From Candidatus Latescibacterota bacterium (GTDB taxonomy: Bacteria; Latescibacterota; UBA2968; SICM01), in contig SICM01000003.1 of NCBI GenBank assembly GCA_009694805.1, forward strand, positions 10,887 through 74,886: a DNA stretch of 64,000 nt, read 5' to 3'. Below the pieces are notes generated by a model, which was not told where the DNA came from, did not search any database, and worked only from the letters and a program-made list of their open reading frames with translations. This document shows positions 28,417 to 37,296 of the stretch, piece by piece (positions within the stretch are counted from its first letter, which is position 1; every line of letters begins with the position of its first letter). The translations under genes and the position numbers were made by a program.

Positions 28417-30209
28417 TGGAGAATTACGAGACGCACGAATACGACGTGATCGTGATCGGGGCCGGAGGGGCCGGGCTGCGGGCGGCCATCGAGGCTTCGG
28501 CGCAGGGGGCTTCGGTGGCGCTGATCTGCAAGTCCCTGCTGGGCAAGGCGCACACGGTGATGGCCGAGGGGGGGGTCGCGGCGGCCCTGGCCAACGTGGA
28601 CGAGCGGGACAACTGGCAGGTGCATTTTCGCGACACGATGCGCGGCGGGAAGATGCTGAACAACTGGCGCATGGCGCAACTCCACGCGCAGGAGGCCCCG
28701 GACCGGGTGAATGAACTGGAGGCGTGGGGGGCGCTGTTCGACCGGACGAAGGATGGCCGAATCCTGCAACGAAACTTTGGGGGACACCGGTATCCGAGGC
28801 TGGCACACGTGGGGGACCGGACCGGGCTGGAGATGATCCGGACGCTTCAGGACCGGGGGGTCCACCTGGGCATCGACGTGTACATGGAGTGTACCGTGGC
28901 GCGGCTGCTGAAGGACGGAGAGGCCGTGTCGGGGGCGTTCGCGTACTGGCGGGAGCACGGCCGGTTCGTGATCTTCCGGGCGAAGGCGACGGTCCTGGCC
29001 ACCGGCGGCGTCGGCAAGGCCTACCGGATCACGAGCAATTCGTGGGAGTACACGGGCGACGGCCACGCCCTGGCCTACGAGGCGGGGGCGGATCTGATCG
29101 ACATGGAATTCTTGCAGTTCCATCCCACGGGCATGATCTGGCCGCCGAGCGTGCGGGGACTCCTCGTGACGGAGGGGGTTCGGGGGGACGGCGGGGTGCT
29201 CCTGAACAACCAGGGGGAGCGGTTCATGTTCAACTATATCCCCGACACCTACCGGAAGGAGACGGCGGAGACCATCGAGGAGGCGGATCGCTGGCTGGCC
29301 GGGGATCGGTCCGCACGACGGACGCCTGACCTGCTGACGCGGGACGTGGTGGCCAAGGCCATCAACGCGGAGATGAAGGCGGGGCGGGGCAGCCCGCACG
29401 GCGGGGCGTTTCTGGACATCTCAAAGACGCGGGACGCGGAGACGATCAAGCGGAAACTGCCGAGCATGTATCACCAGTTCAAGGAGCTGGCCGGGGTGGA
29501 CATCACGAAGGAGGCGATGGAGGTGGGGCCGACCTGCCACTACGCGATGGGTGGGGTGCGGGTGGATGCGGAGACGGCGGCGACGACGGTCCCGGGCCTG
29601 TTCGCGGCGGGGGAGGTGGCGGGGGGCATGCACGGGGCGAACCGGCTGGGTGGCAACTCCCTGAGCGACCTCCTGGTGTTCGGGCGGCGGGCCGGGCTGG
29701 GCGCGGCGGCGTATGCGAAGCGTCTGTCTAAGGCCCTTTCGTTGAACCCCGACCAGGTGGAGGCCGTGGCGCGGGAGGTGCAGGAGCCGTTCAACCGGAC
29801 GGAGGGGGAGAACCCCTTCACGGTTCACGAGAAGCTCCAGGAGGTCATGGAGCGCCACTGCGGGATCATCCGGGAGGAGCAGGAACTCCGGGAGGGACTG
29901 GTGGAGCTGGAGAAGCTGAAGGCGCGGGCCGGGCGGATGCGGGTGACGGGAAACCGCGATTTCAACCCCGGCTGGAACATGGCCGTGGACCTTCACAACA
30001 TGCTCCTCGTGTCCGAGGCGCTGGCGAAGGCGGCCCTGGAGCGGAAGGAGAGCCGGGGCGGACACACGCGGTCCGATCACCCGAAGGAGGACCCGGCGTG
30101 GACGCGGGTGAACGTGGTGATTCGCCGGTCGGGGGATGAGATGGCCGTGACGCAGGAGCCGATTCCCCAGATGCCCGATGAACTCAAGAGACTGTTCGAG
30201 GAGGGGTAG
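28416..30209 (+). CDS. sdhA: Succinate dehydrogenase/fumarate reductase flavoprotein
   Basis: IGAGGAGLRAA, AHTVMAEGG (covalent FAD His), QFHPTG, TEGVRGDGG, HYAMGG, HGANRLGGNSL, ESRGGH. Confidence 0.95.
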   Translation: MENYETHEYDVIVIGAGGAGLRAAIEASAQGASVALICKSLLGKAHTVMAEGGVAAALANVDERDNWQVHFRDTMRGGKMLNNWRMAQLHAQEAPDRVNELEAWGALFDRTKDGRILQRNFGGHRYPRLAHVGDRTGLEMIRTLQDRGVHLGIDVYMECTVARLLKDGEAVSGAFAYWREHGRFVIFRAKATVLATGGVGKAYRITSNSWEYTGDGHALAYEAGADLIDMEFLQFHPTGMIWPPSVRGLLVTEGVRGDGGVLLNNQGERFMFNYIPDTYRKETAETIEEADRWLAGDRSARRTPDLLTRDVVAKAINAEMKAGRGSPHGGAFLDISKTRDAETIKRKLPSMYHQFKELAGVDITKEAMEVGPTCHYAMGGVRVDAETAATTVPGLFAAGEVAGGMHGANRLGGNSLSDLLVFGRRAGLGAAAYAKRLSKALSLNPDQVEAVAREVQEPFNRTEGENPFTVHEKLQEVMERHCGIIREEQELREGLVELEKLKARAGRMRVTGNRDFNPGWNMAVDLHNMLLVSEALAKAALERKESRGGHTRSDHPKEDPAWTRVNVVIRRSGDEMAVTQEPIPQMPDELKRLFEEG

Positions 30210-30953
30210 ATGTCCGAGAGACATTTCAGGGTATACCGGGGCAACGCCGCAGGAGGCTCGTTTCAGGACTTCCGCGTGCAGGTGGACGAGGGCATGGTGG
30301 TGCTCGACGCCATCCATCGCATCCAGGCCACGCAGGCGATGGACCTGGCCTGCCGGTGGAACTGCAAGGCGGGCAAATGCGGGTCGTGCAGCGCGGAGGT
30401 CAACGGTCGTCCGCGCCTGATGTGCATGACGCGCATGTCCGACTATGCGGGGGAGGAGACGATCACCGTGGGGCCGATGAGGGCGTTCCCGCTGCTCAAG
30501 GACCTGGTGACGGACGTGTCGTGGAACTTCGAGGTCAACCGGAAAATCCCGGGGTTCAAGCCGCGCCCCCCGGAGGCCGACGGCACCTGGCGGATGCAGC
30601 AGATCGACATCGACCGGGTGCAGGAGTTCCGGAAGTGCATCGAGTGTTTCCTCTGCCAGGATGTCTGCCACGTCCTGCGGGACCACAACCGGAAGGACGC
30701 CTTCGTGGGACCGAGGTTTCTCGTGCGCCTGGCGAGTCTGGAGATGCACCCGCTGGACACGGCAGACCGGTCAGAATTCCTGAAGGACGTGGCCGGCACC
30801 GGGTTCTGCAACATCACGAAGTGCTGCACGGAGGTCTGCCCGGAGCATATCACGATCACGGACAACGCCATCATCCCGCTGAAGGAGCGGGTGGTGGGCC
30901 GTTTCTACGATCCGCTGGCGTGGCTGCTGAGGAAGATCACGGGGAAGGGGTAG
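30210..30953 (+). CDS. sdhB: Succinate dehydrogenase/fumarate reductase iron-sulfur subunit
   Basis: CKAGKCGSC, CIECFLCQDVC, CNITKCCTEVCP. Confidence 0.95.
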   Translation: MSERHFRVYRGNAAGGSFQDFRVQVDEGMVVLDAIHRIQATQAMDLACRWNCKAGKCGSCSAEVNGRPRLMCMTRMSDYAGEETITVGPMRAFPLLKDLVTDVSWNFEVNRKIPGFKPRPPEADGTWRMQQIDIDRVQEFRKCIECFLCQDVCHVLRDHNRKDAFVGPRFLVRLASLEMHPLDTADRSEFLKDVAGTGFCNITKCCTEVCPEHITITDNAIIPLKERVVGRFYDPLAWLLRKITGKG

Positions 30954-30965
30954 ATAAAAGGCAGG

Positions 30966-31004
30966 CCCTCACCCCCAGCCCCTCTCCCACACGTGGGAGA
31001 GGGG
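30966..31004. repeat. BoxC/PIT-like potential intrastrand triplex hairpin between convergent genes
   Basis: CCCTCACCCC-CAG-CCCCTCTCCCAC-AC-GTGGGAGAGGGG. Confidence 0.65.
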
Positions 31005-31032
31005 TGGCCGCGCCAGCGGACGGGGCGAGGGC

Positions 31033-32034
31033 TTACTGTTTGCTGATCATTTTACGAAGGGCATTGACGTCCGGGTCGTCGCTCAGGGGGCGGCCCAGGT
31101 AGAGGACGGCCTGCCTCCCCCTTGCCTCCGGGGCATCCCAGGCCTGGCGCAGGAGGCGCGCCCCGGCGGTCTCCGGGCGGCTTCGCAGATGGGCGAGCCG
31201 GGCCAGGACGACGAGGTGGAACAGGAGGTCGTGCGCGTCGGTGGCGCGAACGACGGCCTCCTCGCGGGGCTCCGGGGAGGCGGCAGACCGTGCCCGGGCG
31301 TAGTAAGCGACGAGTTCGGGCGTCAGGGGGCTGACGAGACGGCCCCCTCTGCGGTAGGCCCCCAGGCCGGTGACGTACTGGACGAAGCGGCGCTCAGGCC
31401 AGTCCCATCCCACGCTTGAAAAATCGATGAAACGAACTGTCCCGTCGCAGTCGATGACGACGTTGCGGGCGTTGTAGTCCAGGCTGGCGACGGCCCGCGC
31501 TCCAGTGCGGAGACGTTCCACCACGCGCACCAGCCCTTCTCGCGCCTCTGTCAGAGGACCGCCCCTCAACAGGGCCTCCGCCCCCCGCTTGGCCATCCGG
31601 AGGATGCCGGCTGCTTCGTCTCCCGCATCCGGTTTTAGCACCAGGCTCTCGTTCAGTTTCGCATCCCTCATCGCCGCCTCGATCCTGCACAGGCCTTCGG
31701 CGACGCCTCTTCCCCTTTGCGCTCCTGCCTTTTGATCCTCCTCCTGACAGACGTCATCCATCGTCCTGTCTCCTGCCCACGCCGTGACCAGGATGCGCAG
31801 GTCAGGTTCGACGAGGTGGACCTCCGGGACAGGGCAGCCGAGCCGGTGAAGGCGTTCGAGGGCGAGGGACTCCGTGTGGAGCGGGTCCGGCGCCGGACCC
31901 TCCGCGACGCGCTTGAGGGCCACCTGAAGGCCGTCCGAGAGGGTCACTTTGTAGACGTGTGCGCCGGCCTGTTCGATGGAGGCAGGGGGGGTGCGGCCCA
32001 GGACGGTTTCTCGGAGGAGAGAGCGGTCGACCAT
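31033..32034 (-). CDS. APH/kinase-like phosphotransferase
   Basis: VALKR, LGCPVPEV, LDYNARNVV (catalytic loop), FIDFS. Confidence 0.65.
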   Translation of the reverse strand: MVDRSLLRETVLGRTPPASIEQAGAHVYKVTLSDGLQVALKRVAEGPAPDPLHTESLALERLHRLGCPVPEVHLVEPDLRILVTAWAGDRTMDDVCQEEDQKAGAQRGRGVAEGLCRIEAAMRDAKLNESLVLKPDAGDEAAGILRMAKRGAEALLRGGPLTEAREGLVRVVERLRTGARAVASLDYNARNVVIDCDGTVRFIDFSSVGWDWPERRFVQYVTGLGAYRRGGRLVSPLTPELVAYYARARSAASPEPREEAVVRATDAHDLLFHLVVLARLAHLRSRPETAGARLLRQAWDAPEARGRQAVLYLGRPLSDDPDVNALRKMISKQ

Positions 32035-32035
32035 A

Positions 32036-32095
32036 TTGCGGATTACGGATTACGAATTACGAATTTCTAACTCGACATTCGACATTCGACGTTCG
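32036..32095. repeat. 7-nt periodic arms (TTACGAA-type / TTCGACA)
   Basis: gcggattacggattacgaattacgaatt ... ctcgacattcgacattcgacgttcg. Confidence 0.75.
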
Positions 32096-32108
32096 TTTCA
32101 TCCCGAAA

Positions 32109-32453
32109 TCATATGGGTGTCTCGGCTCCATAGTCTCCGAGCCGGCGGGGTTTCATTCGGCGTTTTCCTTCCTGATTCAGGGCTGATGCATGCTCCTCGT
32201 CGAGCTTCTGGATCTTCTGCTCCATGTCCGTGAGGGTGCGCTGGAGGCGTTCGATCGTCACGGTCCTGTCGCGCTCCTGGCGCGAGAGCTGGGCGGAGGC
32301 ATCCCGCATCTCCTCCGTGTGCTGGCGAGCGACGGCGTATTCCCGCTGAAGCCTGGCGAGGTCGCGCCGCAAGCGCACGACCGTACGCGTGGCCAGGAAC
32401 TTGGCGGTCAGCGTCCCAGCCGTGGCCAGAAGCCAGATCACTCCCCAGAACAT
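32109..32453 (-). CDS. Small membrane-anchored coiled-coil protein (hypothetical)
   Basis: Hydrophobic N-terminus MFWGVIWLLATAG, heptad coiled coil; GAGG RBS. Confidence 0.6.
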   Translation of the reverse strand: MFWGVIWLLATAGTLTAKFLATRTVVRLRRDLARLQREYAVARQHTEEMRDASAQLSRQERDRTVTIERLQRTLTDMEQKIQKLDEEHASALNQEGKRRMKPRRLGDYGAETPI

Positions 32454-32576
32454 GAGTCGCCCTCTTTTGAAAGTTGTGGCGCATCGCACGGCGATTCATC
32501 GCCGCATGGGAGAATTTCCCATAACATCTGAAAATCGACGGCAGCAGGCAAGAACTATTTTTTTGGAGAGGCTCCG

Positions 32577-33464
32577 GTGCCGTTCAATTTCAACTGGGTG
32601 ATCGAGGGGGAAGTCGCAGGCATGGGGAGGCCGGGGTCCGGGATGGAGCTGGCCGGGGAGATGAGTCCTGTGGAGCGGCGCTTTCTTTCGTGGCTGGCGG
32701 GACCGCAGGACCTGCACGTGGAACGGAAGGCCCTGGCGCGCAGGATCGGGCTGGATTTCGAGGAGGAGTTCGACCTGGACCGGCGGATGATCCCGATCTA
32801 CAAGAAGTTCCGGGATATCTGGGACATCCTGGAGTCCTACCGGGAGGGGGTGGGCGCGGGTGGCCACGCCGTGGACCACTTTCGCCTGAACCCGGCGCGG
32901 TTGAGGGGCGACCTCCGGTTCCTGAAGGAGCAGGGGATCGGGGCGATTGTGACGCTGTCGGAACGCCCGCTTGAGGCGAGTCCTGTGGCCGAGTTCGGGT
33001 TTGACGTGGCCCACATTCCTCTGCGGGACCGACGCGCCCCCGAGCAGGGTCTGATCGATGTGTTCGTGCGCTATGTGAGGCGCACCGTGGCCGCCGGGAC
33101 GCCGGTGGTGGTCCACTGCCTGGGCGGGTATGGACGGACGGGGACGATGCTGGCGTGTCACCTCGTCCACCGGGGACGCACGGCCGAGGAGGCCCTGACC
33201 GAGGTGCGGGGAAAACGGCCGGGGTCCGTGGAGCCGGGGGAGCAGGAGGAGACGGTGCGGGAGTATGAGCGAAGGATAAAATCAGTCACGGGTCCAGGGT
33301 CGCGGGTCAAAACCCGCGTGACTCGTGACTCGCGACTTTCGCAAGGAGGTTACCGGTGCCGGACGCCACGTCACAGAAGCTTCGCGCCGATGCCCGCGCC
33401 GTCTTTGACGCGGCGCTGGAGGCGGCGGACCCGAAGATCAGCATTCGGAATGCGGTGCGCATAG
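32577..33464 (+). CDS. Dual-specificity/Cys-based protein phosphatase
   Basis: VAGMGRP, AIVTLSE, VHCLGGYGRTGT (CX5R), RPGSVE..EQ; family similarity ends ~33280 and the tail runs through repeats into the next gene. Confidence 0.8.
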   Translation: MPFNFNWVIEGEVAGMGRPGSGMELAGEMSPVERRFLSWLAGPQDLHVERKALARRIGLDFEEEFDLDRRMIPIYKKFRDIWDILESYREGVGAGGHAVDHFRLNPARLRGDLRFLKEQGIGAIVTLSERPLEASPVAEFGFDVAHIPLRDRRAPEQGLIDVFVRYVRRTVAAGTPVVVHCLGGYGRTGTMLACHLVHRGRTAEEALTEVRGKRPGSVEPGEQEETVREYERRIKSVTGPGSRVKTRVTRDSRLSQGGYRCRTPRHRSFAPMPAPSLTRRWRRRTRRSAFGMRCA

Positions 33465-34693
33465 AGGGCCGGACGCTGCGCGTCGGAGAGGGGACGTACG
33501 ATCTGGACGCTTTCTCGCGGGTCCTGGTGGTAGGGGCGGGGAAGGCTTCCGCGCAGATGGCGTCGGCCGTCGAGGAGGTCCTGGGGGACCGGGTGAGCGG
33601 GGGCCTGATCAACACGAAGTATGACCACGGCGTTCCCCTGAGACGGGTCGAGGTCAACGAGTGCGGGCATCCGGTGCCGGACGAGGCGGGGGTGGCGGGG
33701 ACGGAGCGCATCGTCCGGATGCTGGCCGAGGCGGACGAGCGGACGCTGGTCTTCTGCCTGCTGTCCGGGGGCGGGTCGGCGCTGATGCCGGCCCCGGCGG
33801 ACGGGATCACGTTCGCCGAGAAACAGGAGACGACGCGGCAGTTGCTGGCGTGCGGGGCGACGATCAACGAGTTGAACGCCGTCCGCAAGCACCTGTCGAA
33901 GGTGAAGGGGGGGCAACTCGCCCGGATCGCCTTTCCGGCGACCCTCGTCTCCCTGGTCCTGTCGGACGTGATCGGAGACCCGCTGGATGTGATCGCGTCG
34001 GGGCCGACGGCCCCGGATGAGAGCACCTTCGGGCATTGCCTGGAGATCCTGCGGAAGTACGAGGTCCAGGATCGCATCCCGAAGGGGGTGATGGAGCGGT
34101 TGCAGGGCGGTTCCGAGGGGAAGGTTCAGGAGACGCCCAAGCCGGGGGACAGCGTCCTGAGCCGGTGCCGGAACCTCATCGTGGGGAGCAACCGGCTGGC
34201 CGTGGCCGCGGCGCGGGAGAAGGCGGAGGCCCTGGGCTACCGGACGCTGATGCTCTCCACGCGCGTTCAGGGGGAGGCGCGGGAGGTGGCCAAGGTGTTC
34301 GCGGCCATCGGGAAGGAGATCCGGACGACCGGGGCGCCGATCCCAACCCCTGCGTGCGTGATCTGCGGGGGGGAGACGACGGTGACCCTCCGGGGGAAGG
34401 GGAAAGGGGGGCGCAACCAGGAGATCGCCCTGTCCGCGGCGATGGAGATCGAGGGGTGGTCGGGGCTCGTGATCTTCAGCGGGGGGACGGACGGGACGGA
34501 CGGGCCGACGGATGCGGCCGGGGCCGTTGCGGACGGGGAGACCGTGGCGCGGGCGCGCGGGATGGGGCTGGCGGCGGGGGATTTCCTGAAGGAGAACGAT
34601 TCGTACCCCTACTTTGAGCGACTGGGGGATCTGGTGATGACAGGGCCGACGGGAACCAATGTGATGGATGTGGCGTTGATCATGGTGGGGTGA
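33356..34693 (+). CDS. Glycerate 2-kinase (MOFRL/DUF4147, TtuD-like)
   Basis: VGAGKAS, HPVPD, LSGGGSAL, VRKHLSKVKGG, IASGPT, GGETTV, GGRNQE, TDGTDG, TGPTGTNVMD. Confidence 0.92.
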   Translation: MPDATSQKLRADARAVFDAALEAADPKISIRNAVRIEGRTLRVGEGTYDLDAFSRVLVVGAGKASAQMASAVEEVLGDRVSGGLINTKYDHGVPLRRVEVNECGHPVPDEAGVAGTERIVRMLAEADERTLVFCLLSGGGSALMPAPADGITFAEKQETTRQLLACGATINELNAVRKHLSKVKGGQLARIAFPATLVSLVLSDVIGDPLDVIASGPTAPDESTFGHCLEILRKYEVQDRIPKGVMERLQGGSEGKVQETPKPGDSVLSRCRNLIVGSNRLAVAAAREKAEALGYRTLMLSTRVQGEAREVAKVFAAIGKEIRTTGAPIPTPACVICGGETTVTLRGKGKGGRNQEIALSAAMEIEGWSGLVIFSGGTDGTDGPTDAAGAVADGETVARARGMGLAAGDFLKENDSYPYFERLGDLVMTGPTGTNVMDVALIMVG

Positions 34694-34737
34694 GGGCCGG
34701 GGGCGTTTTTTTATACACTTTCAGGGGATGACGGACT

Positions 34738-36066
34738 ATGGGCGCTCGCGTTTTATTTTTTTTAATCTGTCTTTCCATCTTCAGCGCATCTTTTCTGAGA
34801 GGACCTGCGGCTCAGAATCCGCCGGACCTGACCCCTGCTGAGCGGGCGAGGGCCTATTTCGAGAAGGGACAGATCGACTCGGCCATCGCCGTCTTTGAGG
34901 CGGCGGCCTCGGCCAACCCGAAAGACGCGGACCTGATGTCCCAGTTGGGGTTCTTCTGCGCCCAGGCGGGACGGGTCGACGAGGCGATTGCGGCCTATGA
35001 GAAGGCCCGGGATCTGGACCCCAGGAACACGGAGGCGCTGAGCAACCTCGGCCTGCTCTACTCCGGGAAGGGGCGTTTTGAGGAGGCCCTGGCGTCGCTT
35101 CAGAAGGCCCTGGCCATGGCCCCGGACGACGTCGCGCTGCACGTCAACCTGGGCGGGGTCTACTTCGCCATGCAGGACACGGCGAAGGCCGTGACGGCTT
35201 ACCGGAGGGCGATCTCCATCGCCCCGAACGATGCCAAGCCGCACGGCGCCCTGGGGTTTGTGATGGCGGAGGCGGGGTCCCTGGATGTGGCTGTCTCGGA
35301 GTTCAGCCGGGCCGCTGCGCTGAGCCCCGATGACGTGGAGGTGCGGGGGAGCCTGGCCGACGCCTATCTGGGCAAGGGGGAGATGGACTCGGCGCTCGTG
35401 AACTACCGGCGACTGCTGGCCATCGCCCCGAATGCCGTCCGGGCGCGCCAGCGGCTGGGGATCGTGTACACGGAGAAAGGGATGCTCGACTCAGCGATGG
35501 TCGAATACCGCCGCTGCCTGGAGGTTGCCCCCCGGTGGGTCCTGCCGCAGAGCAACCTGGCCACCGTGTACATCCGCGCCGGGATGCTCGACTCGGCGCT
35601 CGCGGCCTACCGCCGGTGCCTCGCCCTTGTCCCCGATGAGGCGGGGTTCCACAACAACATCGGTTTTGTCTACGCCCGGAAGGGAGAGATCGATTCGGCG
35701 CTCACGGCCTACAAGCGGGCCATCCGATTGAGCAAAGATCCCAACACGCTGGCGGACGCCCAGAACAACCTGAACATCATGCAATCGATTCAGGCGGGCA
35801 AGATACGGGCCCGTCACATCCTGGTCAAGACGCAGGCGGAGGCGGAGGACATCCTGAAGCAGTTGAAGAACGGCGCCGATTTCGCCGACCTGGCTCGCAG
35901 GCGGTCCATCGACCCGAGCGCGGCGGAGGGGGGGATGACGGGGTTCTTCGTGCCGGGGGACCTCGACCCGGACTTTGAAGCGGCCGTCCGGCAGACGAAG
36001 GCGGGGACCCTGAGCGGCGTCGTGAAGACGAAGCTGGGTTACCACATCATCCTGAGATTGAACTGA
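34738..36066 (+). CDS. Secreted TPR protein with C-terminal parvulin (PpiC) domain
   Basis: Signal peptide, about 9 TPRs, ARHILV, FADLARRRS, GYHII. Confidence 0.85.
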   Translation: MGARVLFFLICLSIFSASFLRGPAAQNPPDLTPAERARAYFEKGQIDSAIAVFEAAASANPKDADLMSQLGFFCAQAGRVDEAIAAYEKARDLDPRNTEALSNLGLLYSGKGRFEEALASLQKALAMAPDDVALHVNLGGVYFAMQDTAKAVTAYRRAISIAPNDAKPHGALGFVMAEAGSLDVAVSEFSRAAALSPDDVEVRGSLADAYLGKGEMDSALVNYRRLLAIAPNAVRARQRLGIVYTEKGMLDSAMVEYRRCLEVAPRWVLPQSNLATVYIRAGMLDSALAAYRRCLALVPDEAGFHNNIGFVYARKGEIDSALTAYKRAIRLSKDPNTLADAQNNLNIMQSIQAGKIRARHILVKTQAEAEDILKQLKNGADFADLARRRSIDPSAAEGGMTGFFVPGDLDPDFEAAVRQTKAGTLSGVVKTKLGYHIILRLN

Positions 36067-36155
36067 AACCGAACGTCAAACGTATCTCGTGAAGCGTGAA
36101 GCGCGTAAAACCCGTGAAGCGTATCTCGTGACACGTCTCACCTTCTTCCCTGCCT

Positions 36156-37178
36156 GTGAAACGTTTTCGCGTCCTGTTTCTCCTCCTGGGATTCCTCCTG
36201 CTGGGCATCCTGATCTTCCGGACGGACCCCCAACAGATCTTCTCCTATCTCTCGATGATCGGATGGCGGTTTCTCCTGATCATCGGGGTGGCCTTTGGCT
36301 GGCAGTTCGGGAATACCATCGCCTGGGGACTGGCCTTCCAGCGGGGGGAGAGGGTTCGATTCCGGCATCTGTTCGTCGCCAAGCTGGGGGGCGATGCGAT
36401 CAATTATATCACCCCGCTTCTGGGCCTGGGGGGTGAATTCGTGAAGCCCTACCTGATCCGTCGCCACGTGTCCCTGTCCGCGAGCTTCGCCTCCATCGTC
36501 ATCACCAAGACGGTTCAGGCCATGACGGGGGTGATCTATGCCCTTGTGGGCATCGGGTGCGCCCTCTTTTTTTTAAACCTGTCCCCCTCCGTGTGGGCTA
36601 CGACCGCGGGCGTTGTGGGGGCAGGGGGGGCCATCCTCCTGTGGTTGTTCATCCAGCAGCACCGGAACCCTTTCTCATCCCTTCTGAAGGTCCTGATCCG
36701 GTTAGGCGTCAAGACAGGCTCTCTGAAGGACCGACTCCATAGCGCGGCGGAGATGGACGCCTACATCGCGGCCTACTACCGGAAGGAGCGGATGCGACTC
36801 CTGGCCGCCGTGGCGATTTACTGTCTGAGCTGGACGTTCGGGGTCCTGGAGACGTGGCTGATCGTCCATCTGCTGGAAGCGCCGATCTCCTTTGGAACCG
36901 CCTTTTTTCTGACCTCTCTCTCCTCCGTGATCAGCACGGCCTTCTTCTTCGTGCCGGGGGGCGTGGGGGTGTCGGAAGGAGGGCAGGTATTTCTGTTCGG
37001 GCTTCTGGGGCTCCCTCCGGCCATGGGATTGGCCGTGGGGATCATCAAGCGCATCCGGAAGCTGGTCTATGTGCTGGCGGGACTCCTGCTGATCTCCGGA
37101 TGGCTCTGCAAGGGGGAGAAGGAGGAAGCAGAGGGCTCAGGATGGGGTGAGGGGTGTCGTGCCGTGGATACAGTGTGA
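36156..37178 (+). CDS. Flippase-like LPG_synthase_TM (UPF0104/HpnL-like) membrane protein
   Basis: NYITP, GGEFVKPYL, PGGVGVSEG, multiple TM segments. Confidence 0.8.
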   Translation: MKRFRVLFLLLGFLLLGILIFRTDPQQIFSYLSMIGWRFLLIIGVAFGWQFGNTIAWGLAFQRGERVRFRHLFVAKLGGDAINYITPLLGLGGEFVKPYLIRRHVSLSASFASIVITKTVQAMTGVIYALVGIGCALFFLNLSPSVWATTAGVVGAGGAILLWLFIQQHRNPFSSLLKVLIRLGVKTGSLKDRLHSAAEMDAYIAAYYRKERMRLLAAVAIYCLSWTFGVLETWLIVHLLEAPISFGTAFFLTSLSSVISTAFFFVPGGVGVSEGGQVFLFGLLGLPPAMGLAVGIIKRIRKLVYVLAGLLLISGWLCKGEKEEAEGSGWGEGCRAVDTV

Positions 37179-37296
37179 ACCGCCGTGAATTACGAATTAC
37201 GAATTACGAAGTTCAAATTCAAAGCTTAAGGCTCAGGGTTTAGGACCTGGGACCCGGGATTCAGGATCGATTCCGGGTTGGCAGAGATTTTGCAAC

